Positions 35,977 through 50,275 of a stretch of DNA of 53,074 nt are shown here, in pieces. The stretch lies in assembly GCA_013239625.1 (NCBI GenBank), contig MU054194.1, positions 67,880 to 120,953 of the forward strand. Reading direction: 5' to 3'. Within the stretch, counting starts at the first letter, position 1; each line of letters starts with the position of its first letter. This stretch comes from Lama guanicoe (Eukaryota). Below the pieces are notes generated by a model, which saw only the letters and a list, made by a program, of their open reading frames with translations, searched no databases and was not told the DNA's origin. The translations under genes and the position numbers were made by a program.

Positions 35977-36995
35977 TAACCAAACATTGAAAGTATTCAT
36001 TTGGTATATTAAATGACTAGCTTCTGCTGGTCTTTATTTCTGACTTTTTCTTTCCTTGACTATTCCTGCTATGTTTATGAAAAATCTGTCAGTCTGCTCT
36101 TGTGGACACATTTACATCTCTAGCCACTACCCTTCCAGATAAGAACTGATGTCACCAAAATTGCTAAGAGATATTACATGGTTAGAAAAGACCAGAAGTG
36201 TGTACTGGCTGATGTTCAGGAGCAGGCTGGGACACCTGACAAGATGTCATAAGCATGGATAGACAGCTGGGCACCAAAGGAGAAGCTTCTAAGCCTCCAT
36301 GAAGGACTTGCTGGATAAGAAGGAAAAGTCCCAGATTGTAGATCTGATTCCACCATGAGCTTCCTGGGTGAGGCTCGGCAAGTCATTTAAGTTCTCTAGG
36401 CCCGTGCTGTCCAACGTGTGAACCACCAGCCACATGCAGAATTATGAAGTTATTCTGTAGCCAGGCAGAATTATAGATAAACATTTTATAGCAAAGGCTC
36501 AACAAGTATGATGTTTAGAAACATTAGTGGTTTTCTTGCCCTAACAGGTTATTTTTGTATGTCTTGCTTTCTGTTGTTTGCAACGCCCGTGACTAATGAT
36601 TCCCTTATAGTGAGGTATTTTGAAGTTATAAGTTACTGGACACAGTACCGTCATATCACAGTTGAAAAAAAAAGATCCACATAAGCCAGGCCATTTGATT
36701 TAGTAGTTATGAGCATGGTCTCCGGGGACAGCCTGCCTAAGTATAAACTCTCACTCTGCCTCTGGGGGGTTCTGTGTGAATCTTGGAGAAATTATTATTA
36801 TTATTGTTGTTGTTGTTGTTGTTGTTATTTTACTTATTTGTGCCTCTTTTTTCTGACCTTTTAATGATGAGGAATATGTAGACTCTCTCTCCTACTGTGC
36901 TGGCAGGATTAAGTGATTTAACGTCTGTGCTGCCCACTTCCCTGGGTTTCAGCATTCTCCAGGCAATCAGTGTCAAACTCAGAGGCATTCTTCAC

Positions 36996-38080
36996 TGTCT
37001 TACTCAGTCTGGGATGCTGTAAAAAATTACCATGGGTCAGGTGGCTTAACCAACCAGCATATTCCTCAAGTTCTGGAGGCTGAGACATTCAAGATCAAGG
37101 TATCTGGGAGAGGACTGCCTTCATGGCTTGAAGATGGCTGTCTTCCCACTATCTTCATGGGGTGGAGAGCAGAGAGAAGCAAGCACTCTGGGGCCCCTTA
37201 TAAGTGCCCTAATCCCATTCATGAGGGCTCTACCCTCTTGACCTCATTTTATCCTACTAATCACCTCCCAAAGTCCCCGCCTCCCAATACCATCACCCTG
37301 GGAGATGGGGTTTTGACATATGGATTTTGAGGGGATGCAAACCTTTAGTCCACACATTGGCTAACTCTCCCCAACATGCAGTCATCAAACCTGTAGCTAT
37401 TTTCAAAGTCATGTTTATATCTCTCTGCCCATTTCCATTCCTACATCCACTAACACTGAAGCCCTGTTAGATTTTATTCCTTATTTTTCTGGTAGAGATT
37501 TAATTGATTCCTCTACTCCAATGCTCTCCTCACTCCAAACAGTCTGCTTAACAGCCCTGCCAGGTAGGTCTTCCTTAAAATACCTTCCCACTTCACCTGG
37601 TTGTTTGTTAGGTGTAAATGTCAGAATCCTCTCCACACCCCATCCTAGACCTTTAATCCCTTACACTACCGCTCACTATGTTATTTTCCTATTACCACTG
37701 TAACAAATTTCCATAAGCTTAATAGCTTAAACCAGCACAGATTTATCACCTTATGGCTGTGGAGGTCAGAGATCCAACACAGTTCTCATTGGACTAAATT
37801 CAAGGTACCAGCAGGGTGCCTTCCTTCTAGAGGGTCTAGAAGAAAATGTTTCCTTGTTTTTTTTTTTCCAGTTTCCAGCGGTCACCCACCTTCCGTAGCT
37901 TGTGCCCCACGACTTCCTTCATCTTCATGGCCAGCAGCCTTTCTGAACATCGCTCCATGGCTGCACCTCCCTCTGAACTTAAACTCAGATGGGAAATGTC
38001 CTATGCTTGTAAAGACCCCTATGATTACACTGGGCCCACCTGGAAAATCCAGGCTACTCTCCCTATCACCTCATCTCAGG
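36996..38080. mobile_element. MaLR (MLT1-like) LTR remnants (~36996-37355 and ~37678-38080)
   Basis: ttctggaggctgag...caagatcaagg, cacctcccaaag.cccc.cctcccaataccatcac, gattacactgggcccacctgga. Confidence 0.7.
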
Positions 38081-39289
38081 ATCCCCTTGTCCCACCCCAC
38101 TCAGGCATTATGTATGTGGCTGTGACACTCACCTTGGGTAACATTTCCTCTCGTGAGCAATTAAATGTTCAAGACATTTGTGAATGGCTTTTTGTTTTTC
38201 TTCCTTAGTCTTTCCACATTCAGTGTGTCTGGTGAAATTATATGAATCCTACTTATTTGCAGCCCAGCACTAACTTTTTTTTTTTAAGAATCACGTGTTT
38301 AAAAGGCTAGTGGACAATGTCATAATGTCATAATGTCTTCAAACTTACGTTGCACACAGGAAAACACGTTAGCCAAGGTGAGTGTCACAACAACATGACG
38401 CCTGAGTGGGATGGGGAAGCTGATCTTCCTCATCAGACATTTATGCTGATTTGTTAGATGCCAACACAGTTCCCTCATTGGATTTGCTTCTAATAAATAT
38501 GGAACAGTTTAGCCTCTACCAAAAGCAGACTAAACATTTTCCCCTGCCACCAAATCTCTGGAGTGAATGTCCCCACAAGAGGGACATGATTATATTTCAC
38601 AGGAAACTCTTCTTGAGAAACAACAGGCTTTTTGAGGGCAGAACTACTGGTCCCCCAGGCAGGGCTGGAGGAAAGATTGAGGGGACGCTGGAAATACAGG
38701 GGGAGTCACTTCAGATAGTGCTGCTCAAGTAGCCAAAGACATCCTACCAAAAGTTTCATGAGTCAAGGAGCCTGTGAACTCTGAGCAGGTTGTTAAGACA
38801 CAGCAGTACATAACTAGCATCACAAGTCAATTGTAGCATGTTTTGATATTGGAAAATAATTAGCCCATTGCTCTTTGAAAATGCAGCAGTAGCAACAGAA
38901 ATAATAAACACTGACCTGTCTTGGAGATAATAAACAATAAACAATTCTAAATCTGCAGGATTCCTTGACAATATGCAAGCCACGAGCTAGATGTGTGCTG
39001 CAGATACCTCTTACTGCAGGGCTCAATCCTGCAAAGCACAGAACTAGTTTTCTCAGCAGGGAACCAAGTCAAGATTTCTAATCTTGAGAGGTTTACTATA
39101 TGGCAGGAAAGATCAGACAAATAAATACAGCTAAATATGAATAAATACAATCAAATATTATGAAGTGTGTATGGAGCACAGAAGAAGAAAAATTCCTTTC
39201 ACCTGGGATCTAGAGAAATTCTTCAGAAAATGTAGCTTTGAAGATGGCCAAAAACATGGGTGGAAATTTGGCAGAACAGGATGTAAGAA

Positions 39290-39872
39290 AATTAAAACTT
39301 AACTCTAAAATTCATATAAAAGTGCAAAAAATCGCAAATATCCAAAACAACTTTGAACAAGAAAAATTTTGAAGACTTACACTATCTGATTTTCAGACTT
39401 TTTAAAATAAAGCTACAGTAATCAGATGGTATAGTATTGTTGTAAAACAGGAAAATAGAATAATGGAACAGAACAGAATGTTCTGAACTAAACCAACACT
39501 TAGATAGACAGTTGAATCTCAGTAAGGATGCAGTGGAGAAAGGATCTTTTCAACAAGTCATGCTGAACAATTAGACATCCGTATGCAAAAAGAGAAAAAT
39601 GAACTTTGACCCATACCTCACAAAATACAGAAAAATTAATTCAAAATGGATCATAGATCTTAAAAGGAAATCCAAAACTATAAAACAGCTAGGAGGAAAA
39701 GCATAGGCTTAAGCAATATGGCCTTGGGTTTGGCAAATATTTCTTTGCTATGACACCAAAAGTATAATCTATTTTAAAAAGTAACTGATATACTTTATCA
39801 AAATGAAGACTTTTCAAAGCTCTTCAAAACACTGCTAAGCAAATGAAAAGACAAGCCATAGAGAGAAACTAT
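39290..39872 (+). mobile_element. Ancient L1 ORF2 fragment
   Basis: tcaaaatggatcatagatcttaa..., aaaatgaagac...aaatgaaaagacaagcc. Confidence 0.75.
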
Positions 39873-40450
39873 TTGCGCCAGCTTACCCGCACCCTGACCG
39901 CACCGCGCCTGCCCCCCAGCAGCAAGCCCACCTGGAGACGGGAGTCAGGCTTCTTGGGCAGCAGAGGCCGCTCCCAGGCTATGCCGCGGGGTGGAGCGGA
40001 GCAAACTGCCTGCTCCCGGGCGGCGGGCCCGCGACCCACGTTGCCCCCGCACCCCAATTGCACTGCCCCACTCCCCTCCTCAGCAAGCTGAGTGGGACAG
40101 GTGTGTCAGGCGGCCTGGGGCAGCAGAGGCCGCTCCCAGGCCCGGTCTCCGGGGAGATGGGAGCTAATCCACCAGCTCGCCAGGGGCAGTGCTACTCCCC
40201 TCCGCTGCCTCTGCCGCTGCCGCTGCTGCCGCTGCCGCTGCGGCCGCCCCTGACCGAACCGCCCCGCCTCCCAGGAGCAAGCTCACCTGGAGTCCGACTT
40301 CCGGGAAATCTCCTGTGGCCAAGGCCTCCTCCAGGCCAGGCTGCGGGGAAGAGAAGTAAACAAGCGGCTTCCCTGGGCAGCCCCCTTCCGCCGCCGCCAC
40401 CCCAAACGCACCGCATCCGCCTCCAGGGGTCAGGCTGACTGCGAGGATGT
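39873..40450 (-). promoter_or_regulatory. CpG island with first-exon-like donor sites
   Basis: CpG-rich, (CCG/CTG) low-complexity run, ccggaagt ETS motif, donors cag|gtgag (~40286) and cgg|gtaag (~39886) on the minus strand. Confidence 0.6.
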
Positions 40451-40479
40451 GCACCAGCCTTCTGACTCTGGCCAAGAGC

Positions 40480-40670
40480 CTGAGCACCTCCCTGCACCCC
40501 AACACCCCTGCAAACCCTGCAGCCCCTGCACTGCATGCGCTCTTGAACCTCTGCACTCCCTGCACCCCTGCACTCCCTACGCCCCTGAACTGCCTGCACC
40601 CTCCACAGCCCGTGCACCCCTGGCACAACTTTCACCTTGCACCACCTACACCCCTGCACCCCTGCATGTC
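40480..40670. repeat. Degenerate tandem repeat of (cc)ctgcac units
   Basis: Seen directly. Confidence 0.7.
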
Positions 40671-43600
40671 CCACACACCACCTCTTAGGCCTGTGGCAGA
40701 GCCTCTGCTGTTGCACCAGCGTGCAGGGACTCATATCCTATCCTGGCCAGCACATGATGCATCAGTGAACCTCTGGGGTTGCCTGCCAGAAAGTATATGT
40801 TCCCTGCCAGTAGGCTGGGCCACTAGGGTGAACTCTGTGAGGTCACCCAGGACGGGCTCAGAGATGCTGTTCTCTGGGAAGAGAGGAGTTGAAACCGCTC
40901 TTGAGGGCAGAGCTGTGNNNNNNNNNNNNNNNNNNNNNNNNNNNNNNNNNNNNNNNNNNNNNNNNNNNNNNNNNNNNNNNNNNNNNNNNNNNNNNNNNNN
41001 NNNNNNNNNNNNNNNNNNNNNNNNNNNNNNNNNNNNNNNNNNNNNNNNNNNNNNNNNNNNNNNNNNNNNNNNNNNNNNNNNNNNNNNNNNNNNNNNNNNN
41101 NNNNNNNNNNNNNNNNNNNNNNNNNNNNNNNNNNNNNNNNNNNNNNNNNNNNNNNNNNNNNNNNNNNNNNNNNNNNNNNNNNNNNNNNNNNNNNNNNNNN
41201 NNNNNNNNNNNNNNNNNNNNNNNNNNNNNNNNNNNNNNNNNNNNNNNNNNNNNNNNNNNNNNNNNNNNNNNNNNNNNNNNNNNNNNNNNNNNNNNNNNNN
41301 NNNNNNNNNNNNNNNNNNNNNNNNNNNNNNNGCCACCTGTGTTGTTTTCATCTCCCCGCTGTCTTTGGGTTTTCCCTAGACACTCCTGAGACATTTACTT
41401 CTTTTAGTTTTATTCCTGTTATTACACAGGGGCCCTACTGACATGCAGGTAAGGCGATGTGGTGGTGGGACAGAGGGGAGAATCTGTAGTTCTGTGGTGA
41501 GTTCTCATTGAGCCTGTGCCCTGAGCTGTGACCTCCACTAGTGTGTCTCTTTCCCCCCACCACAATTTGGGTGAGACAGAAAGGATTTAACTTCCCCCGG
41601 GTTGGTTAGGCTCTGATAAAATAATTTCTCATTCAAAAAAAAAAACAAACAAAAAACAACTTCCCCCAATGAAACAGAATGTTCTGGGTGTATTTCAATA
41701 GAGTTATTTTCTCCTTTCCAGGCAGGAAGCATGAGGGGCTTTTCTCTGACCTTCATTCTGAGAACAGGGCATGGTCCTGGAGGTAAAATGCATGAAAAAG
41801 AGCATGGGGCCCCTGTGACTGGCCCCCTGGATTTGTCACACTCAGACTTCCCCATGCTGAGCCTCCCGCTGGCCTCAGGGACCTGTTAAATCTGCCTGCC
41901 CCTGGGGTTCTTACAAAAGCGGGTTCTGCCCTGGGAGCTGTGACTCTCCAAACCCACCCGGCTGTCTCTCTGGGTTGGGAGCAGCTTTTCCCCTCAGTTT
42001 TCTGGGATCTAATAAGAACAGTGCGTTTGCAGCTCCCTCAGTTCTGCTGTTGCTTTCAGGACAGAAGGAGCAACTTCTGAGCTCCACACGAGCTGGACCA
42101 GAGGCTGGAAGCCTCCCCTCCTCTGCCTCCGTGCAATCAGTGGCTGTGGTTCTAGCCGAGTTTCTGAAGATGTGGATTTAAACACACATATCCCAGCCCC
42201 CACAGGACCACACAGTCCCATAAATCCCCCCAGTTTTCACTGGTAACTACGGAGTTGATGGGGACACGGGTTTTGGGACCACAGAGGCCTGACTGCACGA
42301 CTTGCTCCATGGCTTATTAACGTGGTTGCTCTGGGCCTTGTCTGAAGTGGCTTGCTTACCGCACCTGGAGGGAGGGAAACACAAAATAAGTACTAGAACC
42401 TTCACTTTTTCTCCCTCCAGGGCCTTCAAATATAGAAATTAATAAGTGAACTCAGGACGGAAAAGATGGCGGAGATGAAGGACGCTCTTAAGTCACCCTC
42501 TCCCACAAATACACCAAGACCCACATCTACAGACCCACTCAGCCAACCAGAGCACCTGCGGAACTCCGACAGAACATCGCCCTCTTCAAAAGATAAAGAC
42601 GCCAAAAATCTGGTAGGAGAAAAGGAAAAAAGAAAGAACAAAAGGCAAAGCTGCGTGGGACGGGTCCCGCGGGGAGGGAGCGGCAAAGGAGGACTGGCGC
42701 TCGCTCGCTGGGTCTCCCCTCTCCAACTGAGAGGCCAGCGGGACGGAGGGGGAGCCTCCGAGGCTCGGATCTGTACAGAGCGGCCCTTGTCTGACAGAAC
42801 TAAGTTAAACGGGCACAGAGCGTCCCCCCGACACCCAGCCTGAGACGCGGGCCGGCAGCGGCGGGCAGGGCCAGGCTGCACAAGCGGGCGGAGGACGGGG
42901 GCGGCTGCATGGAGGCAGCCCCGGGGGACTACAAGGAGCTGGGCGCAGTGGCTGTGGGTGCACAGGGCAGAACAACCTGGACCCTGCATAAAACAGCAAG
43001 GTTGATGTGCTCTCGGGGGAAGGGTGCATACCCTCATATCTGAAAACCCGCGGAAACTTCTCAGGGGAAGAGAGGCGGGGCTCAGGCACAGCCGCCATAT
43101 TCTCCTGCGCTCAGCACCCAGGCGGGGGCAGGGGCGAGACCTGCATCCGCACCAAAGGGCTCAGCAGCCTCAAGGGCCAGACTGAGACGGGCCTACAGCC
43201 CGGGGCAGATAGGATCCTTCCATCCTGGTCCCTCGGAGAACTTGCTCCACAAAGACCAACAAGGAGCTGGGTTTTGGCTCGGAGCAGGGACAAGTCTTTC
43301 CCTCGGCCTTCCCCGAGCCCACATGCGGAGCGCCGTTCCGCCCGACCAGGGCAGAGCGCGCAGCTGCAGAGAGCAGCGGGGCTACCAGCGGTGCAGATAG
43401 AAGGAGAGCTGCCCCCAGCCTTTCGGGCAGGAACACAGCCCCTGACCGAGGTGCTGGGAGGGGGCACGACCCGCCCACCTATCTGGTCAGTCTGCAACAT
43501 CTGACTGCGGCATACGGAGGGGCAGTGACCGCCCGCCCACAGCAGAGAAGAGCTGCACCTGACCCCGTGTTAGGAGGAGGCGCGATGTACTTGTTGACAG

Positions 43601-44136
43601 GTGCTGCGAGCAGCACAGAAGAGGGAGCCAACGTAGGGCCTCTGAAAACCACAAGCTGAGCTTCCAAAACAGGATGAAGACAGAAAGACTTCACATTAAA
43701 AGCACACAGACTCCAGGAGAACACCGTCACCCCCCCTTTTTTTTTTAAACCTGTTTTTACATGTTCAATTTTCTATTACTCTCTTAATATTTACTTTTTA
43801 ATACATTTCTATTTCTTTTGGGTTTTGATGTCCTGTTATTGATTAGACACAGGTTTCAAATATATCTATTCATCTCCCCCCCCCTTTTTTAAAGGTTTTA
43901 AAAGGACGTCTCAACCCGATTAATACTCTGCTTCAACTCTCTCTTCTATTATTCATTATACACTGTTTTCAAACCCTCGTTCTCCCTTCTTTTAAAATTC
44001 TTTTTCTCTCTCTTATTTTTTTTCTTTTTGTGCCTAAGTTCTATTCCTAAATAGGCATTAGATAGATAAAATCCTTAAGATCCAAAATAGAAAACTGATA
44101 CCCCATAAACCACAGTGCCAGAGAGGTAAGAGCAAG

Positions 44137-45030
44137 ATGAAGATGCAGAGAAACCTTTCCCAATTAAAAGAAAAAGAGAAATCCCCTGAAAGAAAGATCA
44201 ATGAAATAGACATCAATAGCCTACAAATCAAGATTTCAAAAAAGGAGTGATCAAATTGCTGAAGGAATTAAAAGAGATAGTGTTTAGAGATATAAAATAT
44301 GTCAAAAATGAAATTGAAGCTATAAAGAAGAGCCAAATAGAATGGGTAAACACATTGACAGAGATGAGGAATGATCCAATAGCTGTGCAAAGCCGACTAG
44401 TTAATGCAGAGGAATGAATTAGTGATCTAGAAGACAGGGCAATAGAAAGCACCCATTCAGAAGAACTACAAGATAAGCAAATAAAAAATAATGAAAATAG
44501 CATAAGGGACCTATGGGATAATATAAAGCATCCCAATCTTTGCATAATAGGGGTCCCAGAAGGGGAAGAAGGATCAAAGGGGATTGAAAAGGTTTTTGAA
44601 GAAATCATGACTGAAAACTTCCCAAACTTAAAGAAGGAATCAGATATCCAAGTACAGGAAGCTCAGAGGGTTCCAAACAGGAAGAATCCAAATAGACAAA
44701 CACCAAGACATATCATAATCAAGATGGCCAGAGTCAAGGATAAAGACTTGACTAAAGGCATCAAGAGAAAAGCAAAGAGTAAGTTACAAGGGGACCCCCA
44801 TAAGGCTCTCAGCTGATTTCTCTACACAAACACTACAGGCCAGAAGGGAGTGGCAAGATAGATTAATACACCTGAATGAAAAACACATGTAGCCTAGAAT
44901 ACTTTCCCCAGCAAGGCTATCCTTTAGGATAGAAGGAGAAATAAAGAGTTTCACAGACAAAAAAAAAAAGCTGCAGGAGTTTAGCAACACTAAACCCATG
45001 CTAAAAGAAATATTGAAAGGGCTATTCTAA
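44137..45030 (+). pseudogene. L1 ORF1, with stops and frameshifts
   Basis: MTENFPNLKKESDIQVQEAQRVP...TPRHIIIK. Confidence 0.9.
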
Positions 45031-45433
45031 ATAGAAAAGCAGCACGATGCTACAGAAATGAGAAACTCACAACTGGAAAGGTGATAAATCATGAATTACA
45101 AATAAAGAATCACGAAATTATAAAAGAAAACATACGAATCACTGAGAGTGGGAAAGGGAGGCAGGGAAATAAAGAAATTTTTCTCTTTCTATTTTAAACA
45201 TTTTTTAATAGTAGGATGTGATTGAGATCATGTTACTATCAGTTTAATCAAAACAGTTATAGTAATAGGTTAATAGATTTACCAAAAAGGGTAACCACAA
45301 CTCAAAAATTTACAAGGGAGTCACAAAAATTAAATAAAATCCATGATAATACAAAGGAAAATTACAAAACCACAAAAGAAAGAAGAAAGGAACAAAGAGG
45401 ATATACCAATTCAACTGCAAAGAAACGTTCAAA

Positions 45434-48400
45434 ATGGCAATAAACACACATCTATCATTAATTACTGTAAATGTTAATGGACTAAATGCTCCAGTCAAAA
45501 GACATAGAGTGGCAGACTGGATAATATAATAAAGCCGTTCAATATGCTGCATACAAGAGACCCACTTTAGGGAGAAGGACACACATAGATTGAGAGTGAA
45601 AGGATGGAAAAGGATATTCCATACAAATGGAAAAGCCGAAAACGCAACGCAGGCAGTACTGATTTCAGACAAAATAGACTTTAAAACAAAGGCCATAAAG
45701 AAAGATAAAGAGGGACATTTTATAATGATTAAAGGAGTGATACAAGATGAAGATATTACACTCGTTAATATATATGCACCCAATATAGGAGCACCTAAGT
45801 ACATACAAGAATTACTAACAGAGATAAAGGGGGATATTGATGGGAATACAATCATAGTTGGAGATTTTAACACTGCATTAACATCACTAGACAGATCTTC
45901 CAGACAGAAAATAAACAAGGCAACAGAGAAATTAAATACTACAATAGAAAAACTAGATTTGGTGGATATTTTCAGAGCATTACACCCCCAAAAAATAGAA
46001 TATACATTCTTTTCAAGTGCACATGGAACATTTTCCAGGATCGATCATGTACTTGGACACAAAAGAAACCTCAACAAATTTAAGAAGATAGAAATTATCT
46101 CAAGCATCTTTACTGACCACAATGCCATGAAACTGGAAATCAACAACAGAGAAACAAAGGAGAAAAAAAGAAAAGCATGGAGATTAAACAATATGTTATT
46201 GAAAAAACAATGGATCAATGAGGAAATCAAAGCTGAAATTAAAAAATACCTTGAGACAAATGATAATGAAAGCACAACCACTCAAAACCTATGGGACACA
46301 GCAAAGGCAGTGCTAAGAGGGAAGTTTATAGCGATACAGGCCTTCCTCAAAAAAGAAGAACAATCTCAAATAAACAAGTTAACCCACCACCTGAATCAAT
46401 TAGAAAAAGAAGAACAAAAAGCCCCAAAAAGCAGCAGAAGGAAGGAAATAATAAAGATCAGAGAGGAATTAAATACAATAGAGATTAACAAGACCATAGA
46501 AAAAATCAACCAAACCAAAAGCTGGTTTTTTGAAAAAGTAAATAAAATCGACAAACCTCTGGCCAAACTCACAAAGAAGAAAAAAGAGAGAGCACAAATT
46601 AGCAAAATAAGAAAGGAAAATGGAGAAATTACAACAAACAAAATAGAAATACAGAATATCATACGAGAATATTATGAAAAACTATATGGAACCAAACTGG
46701 ATAACCTAGAGGAGATGGACAAGTTTCTGGAAACATACTGTCCACCAAAACTGAATCAAGAAGAAACTGAACACTTGAACAATCCGATCACTAGAAAGGA
46801 AATAGAAATAGCAATTAAAAACCTCCCTACAAATAAAAGTCCAGGACCGGACGGCTTCACCGGGGAATTCTACCAAACATACAAAGAAGAACTCATACCA
46901 GTCCTTCTCAAACTCTTCCAGACGATTGAAAAGGAGGGAATACTCCCAAACTCATTCTATGAAGCCACCATCACCCTGATACCAAAACCAGGCAAAGACA
47001 CTACAAAAAAAGAGAATTATAGGCCAATATCACTGATGAACATAGACGCCAAAATCCTCACCAAAATTTTAGCAAATAGAATCCAACAACACATAAAAAA
47101 GATTATACATCATGACCAAGTGGGGTTCATCCCAGGGACACAAGGCTGGTTCAACATACGCAAATCAATCAATGTAATACATCACATCAACAAGAGAAAG
47201 GACAAAAACCACATGATCATCTCAATCGATGCAGAAAAAGCATTTGATAAAATTCAACACCCATTTATGATAAAAACTCTCGCCAAAGTGGGTATAGAGG
47301 GAACATATCTCAACATAATAAAAGCTATATATGACAAACCTACAGCCAGCATAGTTCTCAACGGTGAAAAACTCAAAAGCTTCCCACTAAAATCTGGGAC
47401 AAGACAAGGATGCCCACTATCACCACTCCTATTCAACATAGTCCTGGAAGTCCTAGCCACAGCAATCAGGCAAGAGAAAGAAATAAAAGGGATCCAAATT
47501 GGAAAAGAAGAGGTAAAAGTGTCATTATATGCTGATGACATGTTACTATATATAGAAAACCCTAAAAGGTCCACACAAAAGCTACTAGAGCTGATTGAAG
47601 AATTCAGCAAGGTAGCAGGTTACAAAATTAATGTTCAAAAATCAGTTGCATTTCTTTACACTAACGATAAATCAACAGAAAAAGAAAGTAAAGAAACAAT
47701 CCCCTTTAAAATAGCACCCAAAGTAATAAAATATCTGGGAATAAATCTAACCAAGGAGGTGAAAGAATTATACACAGAAAACTATAAACCATTGATGAAG
47801 GAAATTAAAGAAGACTTTAAAAAATGGAAAGATATTCCATGCTCTTGGATTGGAAGAATCAATATTGTTAAAATGGTCACACTGCCCAAGGCAATCTACA
47901 GATTTAATGCAATCCCTATCCAATTACCCAGGACATATTTCACAGAACTAGAACAAATCATAATAAAATTTATATGGAACCATCAAAGACCTAGAATTGC
48001 TAAAGCATTACTGAAGAGAAAGAAAGAGGCTGGAGGAATAACTCTCCCAGACTTCAGACAATACTATAGAGCTACAGTCATCAAGACAGCATGGTATTGG
48101 TACCAAAACATACATATAGACCAATGGAACAGAATAGAGAGCCCAGAAATGAACCCACAAACTTTTGGTCAACTCATCTTCGACAAAGGAGGCAAGAATA
48201 TACAATGGAATAAAGACAGTCTCTTCAGCAAATGGTGTTGGGAAAACTGGACAGCAGCATGTAAAACAATGAAGCTAGAACACACCCTTACACCATATAC
48301 AAAAATCAACTCAAAATGGATTAAAGACTTAAACATAAGACAAGATACAATAAACCTCCTAGAGGAAAACATAGGCAAAACATTATCTGACATACATTTC

Positions 48401-49231
48401 AAAAATTTTCTCCTAGAAGAAATAAAAGCAAGAATAAACAAATGGGACCTAATGAAACTTACAAGCTTCTGCAGAGCAAAGGAAACCAGAAATAAAACAA
48501 GAAGAAAACCTACGGAATGGGAGAAAATTTTTGCAAGTGAAACCGACAAAGGCTTGATCTCCAAAATATATAAGCAGCTCATACGACTCAATAAGAAAAA
48601 AATAAACAACCCAATCCAAAAATGGGCAGAAGACCTAAACAAGCAATTCTCCAAGGAAGACATACAAATGATCAAAAAGCACATGAAAAAATGTTCAATA
48701 TCACTAATTATCAGAGAAATGCAAATCAAAACTACAATGAGGTATCACCTCATACCAGTCAGAATGGCCGTCATTCAAAAATCCACAAATGACAAATGCT
48801 GGAGAGGCTGTGGAGAAAGGGGAACCCTCCTGCACTGCTGGTGGGATTGCAGTTTGGTGCAGCCACTATGGAAAACAGTGTGGAGATTCCTCAAAAGACT
48901 AGGAATAGGCTTACCATATGACCCAGGAATCCCACTCATGGGCTTGTATCCAGAAGGAAATTTACTCCAGGATGACACCTGCACCCCAATGTTCATAGGA
49001 GCACTATTTACAATAGCCAAAACATGGAAACAGCCTAAATGTCCATCAACAGGTGACTGGATAAAGAAGTGGTGGTATATTTCTACAATGGAATTATACT
49101 CAGCCATAAAAACCGACAACATAATGCCATTTGCAGCAACATGGATGCTCCTGGAGAATGTCATTGTAAGTGAAGTAAGCCAGAGAGAGAAAGAAAAATA
49201 CCATATGAGATCGCTCATTTGTGGAATCTAA
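45434..49231 (+). pseudogene. L1 ORF2, open apart from tandem TAA TAA at 45527-45532
   Basis: ATG at 45434 is in frame with the 1213-aa ORF; EN, RT (YADD) and C-terminal Cys motifs present. Confidence 0.92.
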
Positions 49232-49837
49232 AAAACAAAAGCATAAACAAGCAAACAAATAAAAACAAATCATAAATATGGGACAGAAATAGACTCACAG
49301 ACAGAGAATACAGGCTTGTGGTTGCCAGGGGGGTGGAGGGTGGGAAGGGATAGACTGGGATTTCAAAATTGTGGAATACATAAACAAGATTACACTGTAT
49401 AGCACAGGGAAATATACACAAAATGTAATGATAACTCACAGAGAAAAAAATGTGACAATGAGTGTCTATATGTCCATGAATGGCTGAAAAATTGTGCTGA
49501 ACACTGGAATTTAACACAACATTGTAAAATGATTATAAAACACTGAAAAATGTTAAAAAAAATATAAGTGAACTCAGACAGCTTAGTCACCACACTGAGA
49601 TCCGACCAGCCTGACTCTCCTGAGTGATGGGCACTGAATTGCATGTTAAATCGGAACAGTAGGGGAACCGCCATCCTCAAACTGGGCCTCATCCCACACC
49701 AGACACGCCCTCAGCTGAGACGGGGACAACACACCGATTGAGGTTTGTGCTGGTGGCTTCAGTGTGACCTGGCTAAGCCGGGATATGAACCTGCAGTGAG
49801 TGAGTTGGAGGGTCGGGTGGAGGGGGGTCCCTTTTGG

Positions 49838-50271
49838 TGTGAAGGAAAAGCTCAGCTGGGCTAACAAGCTAACTCACAAATCTAAATTTAACAAGTGTCG
49901 GATTACTAATCTGAGGTCTGTTGGGCTAACTTGTAAATCTGAGTTAATTATTGTTGGTTTGCTGATTCCCTGTTCATGTTTTATTTTTTCCTAGCCAGCT
50001 GGATGTTCAAAGAGAAATATCTGGCCTTGAAATGTTGGTTTGCTGCCTCCCTGCCTCTACTTTGGTGATAATGATGTTGCTAAAGCTGTTCATGCCTATT
50101 GGCCAAATACCCTAAGCTTGTAATTAACCCTATAAAACCTCACGCACACGTCTTGGAGGTGCTCAGAGCTTCGGAGCAGAAGCACCTCTGAGCCCGCCAG
50201 CGTAATAAATCTGAGTAATACAACCCTCCGAGTAGTGCTTGTTTCTAGGCTGGCCTGTCATTTCCATAACA
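49838..50271 (+). repeat. LTR of a second member of the same gamma-like ERV family
   Basis: tgtgaagg...cataaca, homologous to 2741-3198; AATAAA at 50204-50209. Confidence 0.93.
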
Positions 50272-50275
50272 TTTC

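Larger units (their letters stand above)
42456..49563 (+). mobile_element. Full-length LINE-1, same family as 8278-15262
   Basis: TSD ataagtgaactcag at 42442-42455 and 49564-49577; 5'UTR, ORF1, ~400-bp inter-ORF spacer, ORF2, polyA. Confidence 0.96.

Noticed and set aside
40447..41394. Long ORFs spanning N runs (also 50841-51724, 52685-52966)
   Set aside because: Artefacts of assembly gaps.
45590..49231. Active L1
   Set aside because: ORF1 is broken, ORF2 has two stops near codon 32, the listed start is TTG, and the core may be consensus-filled.
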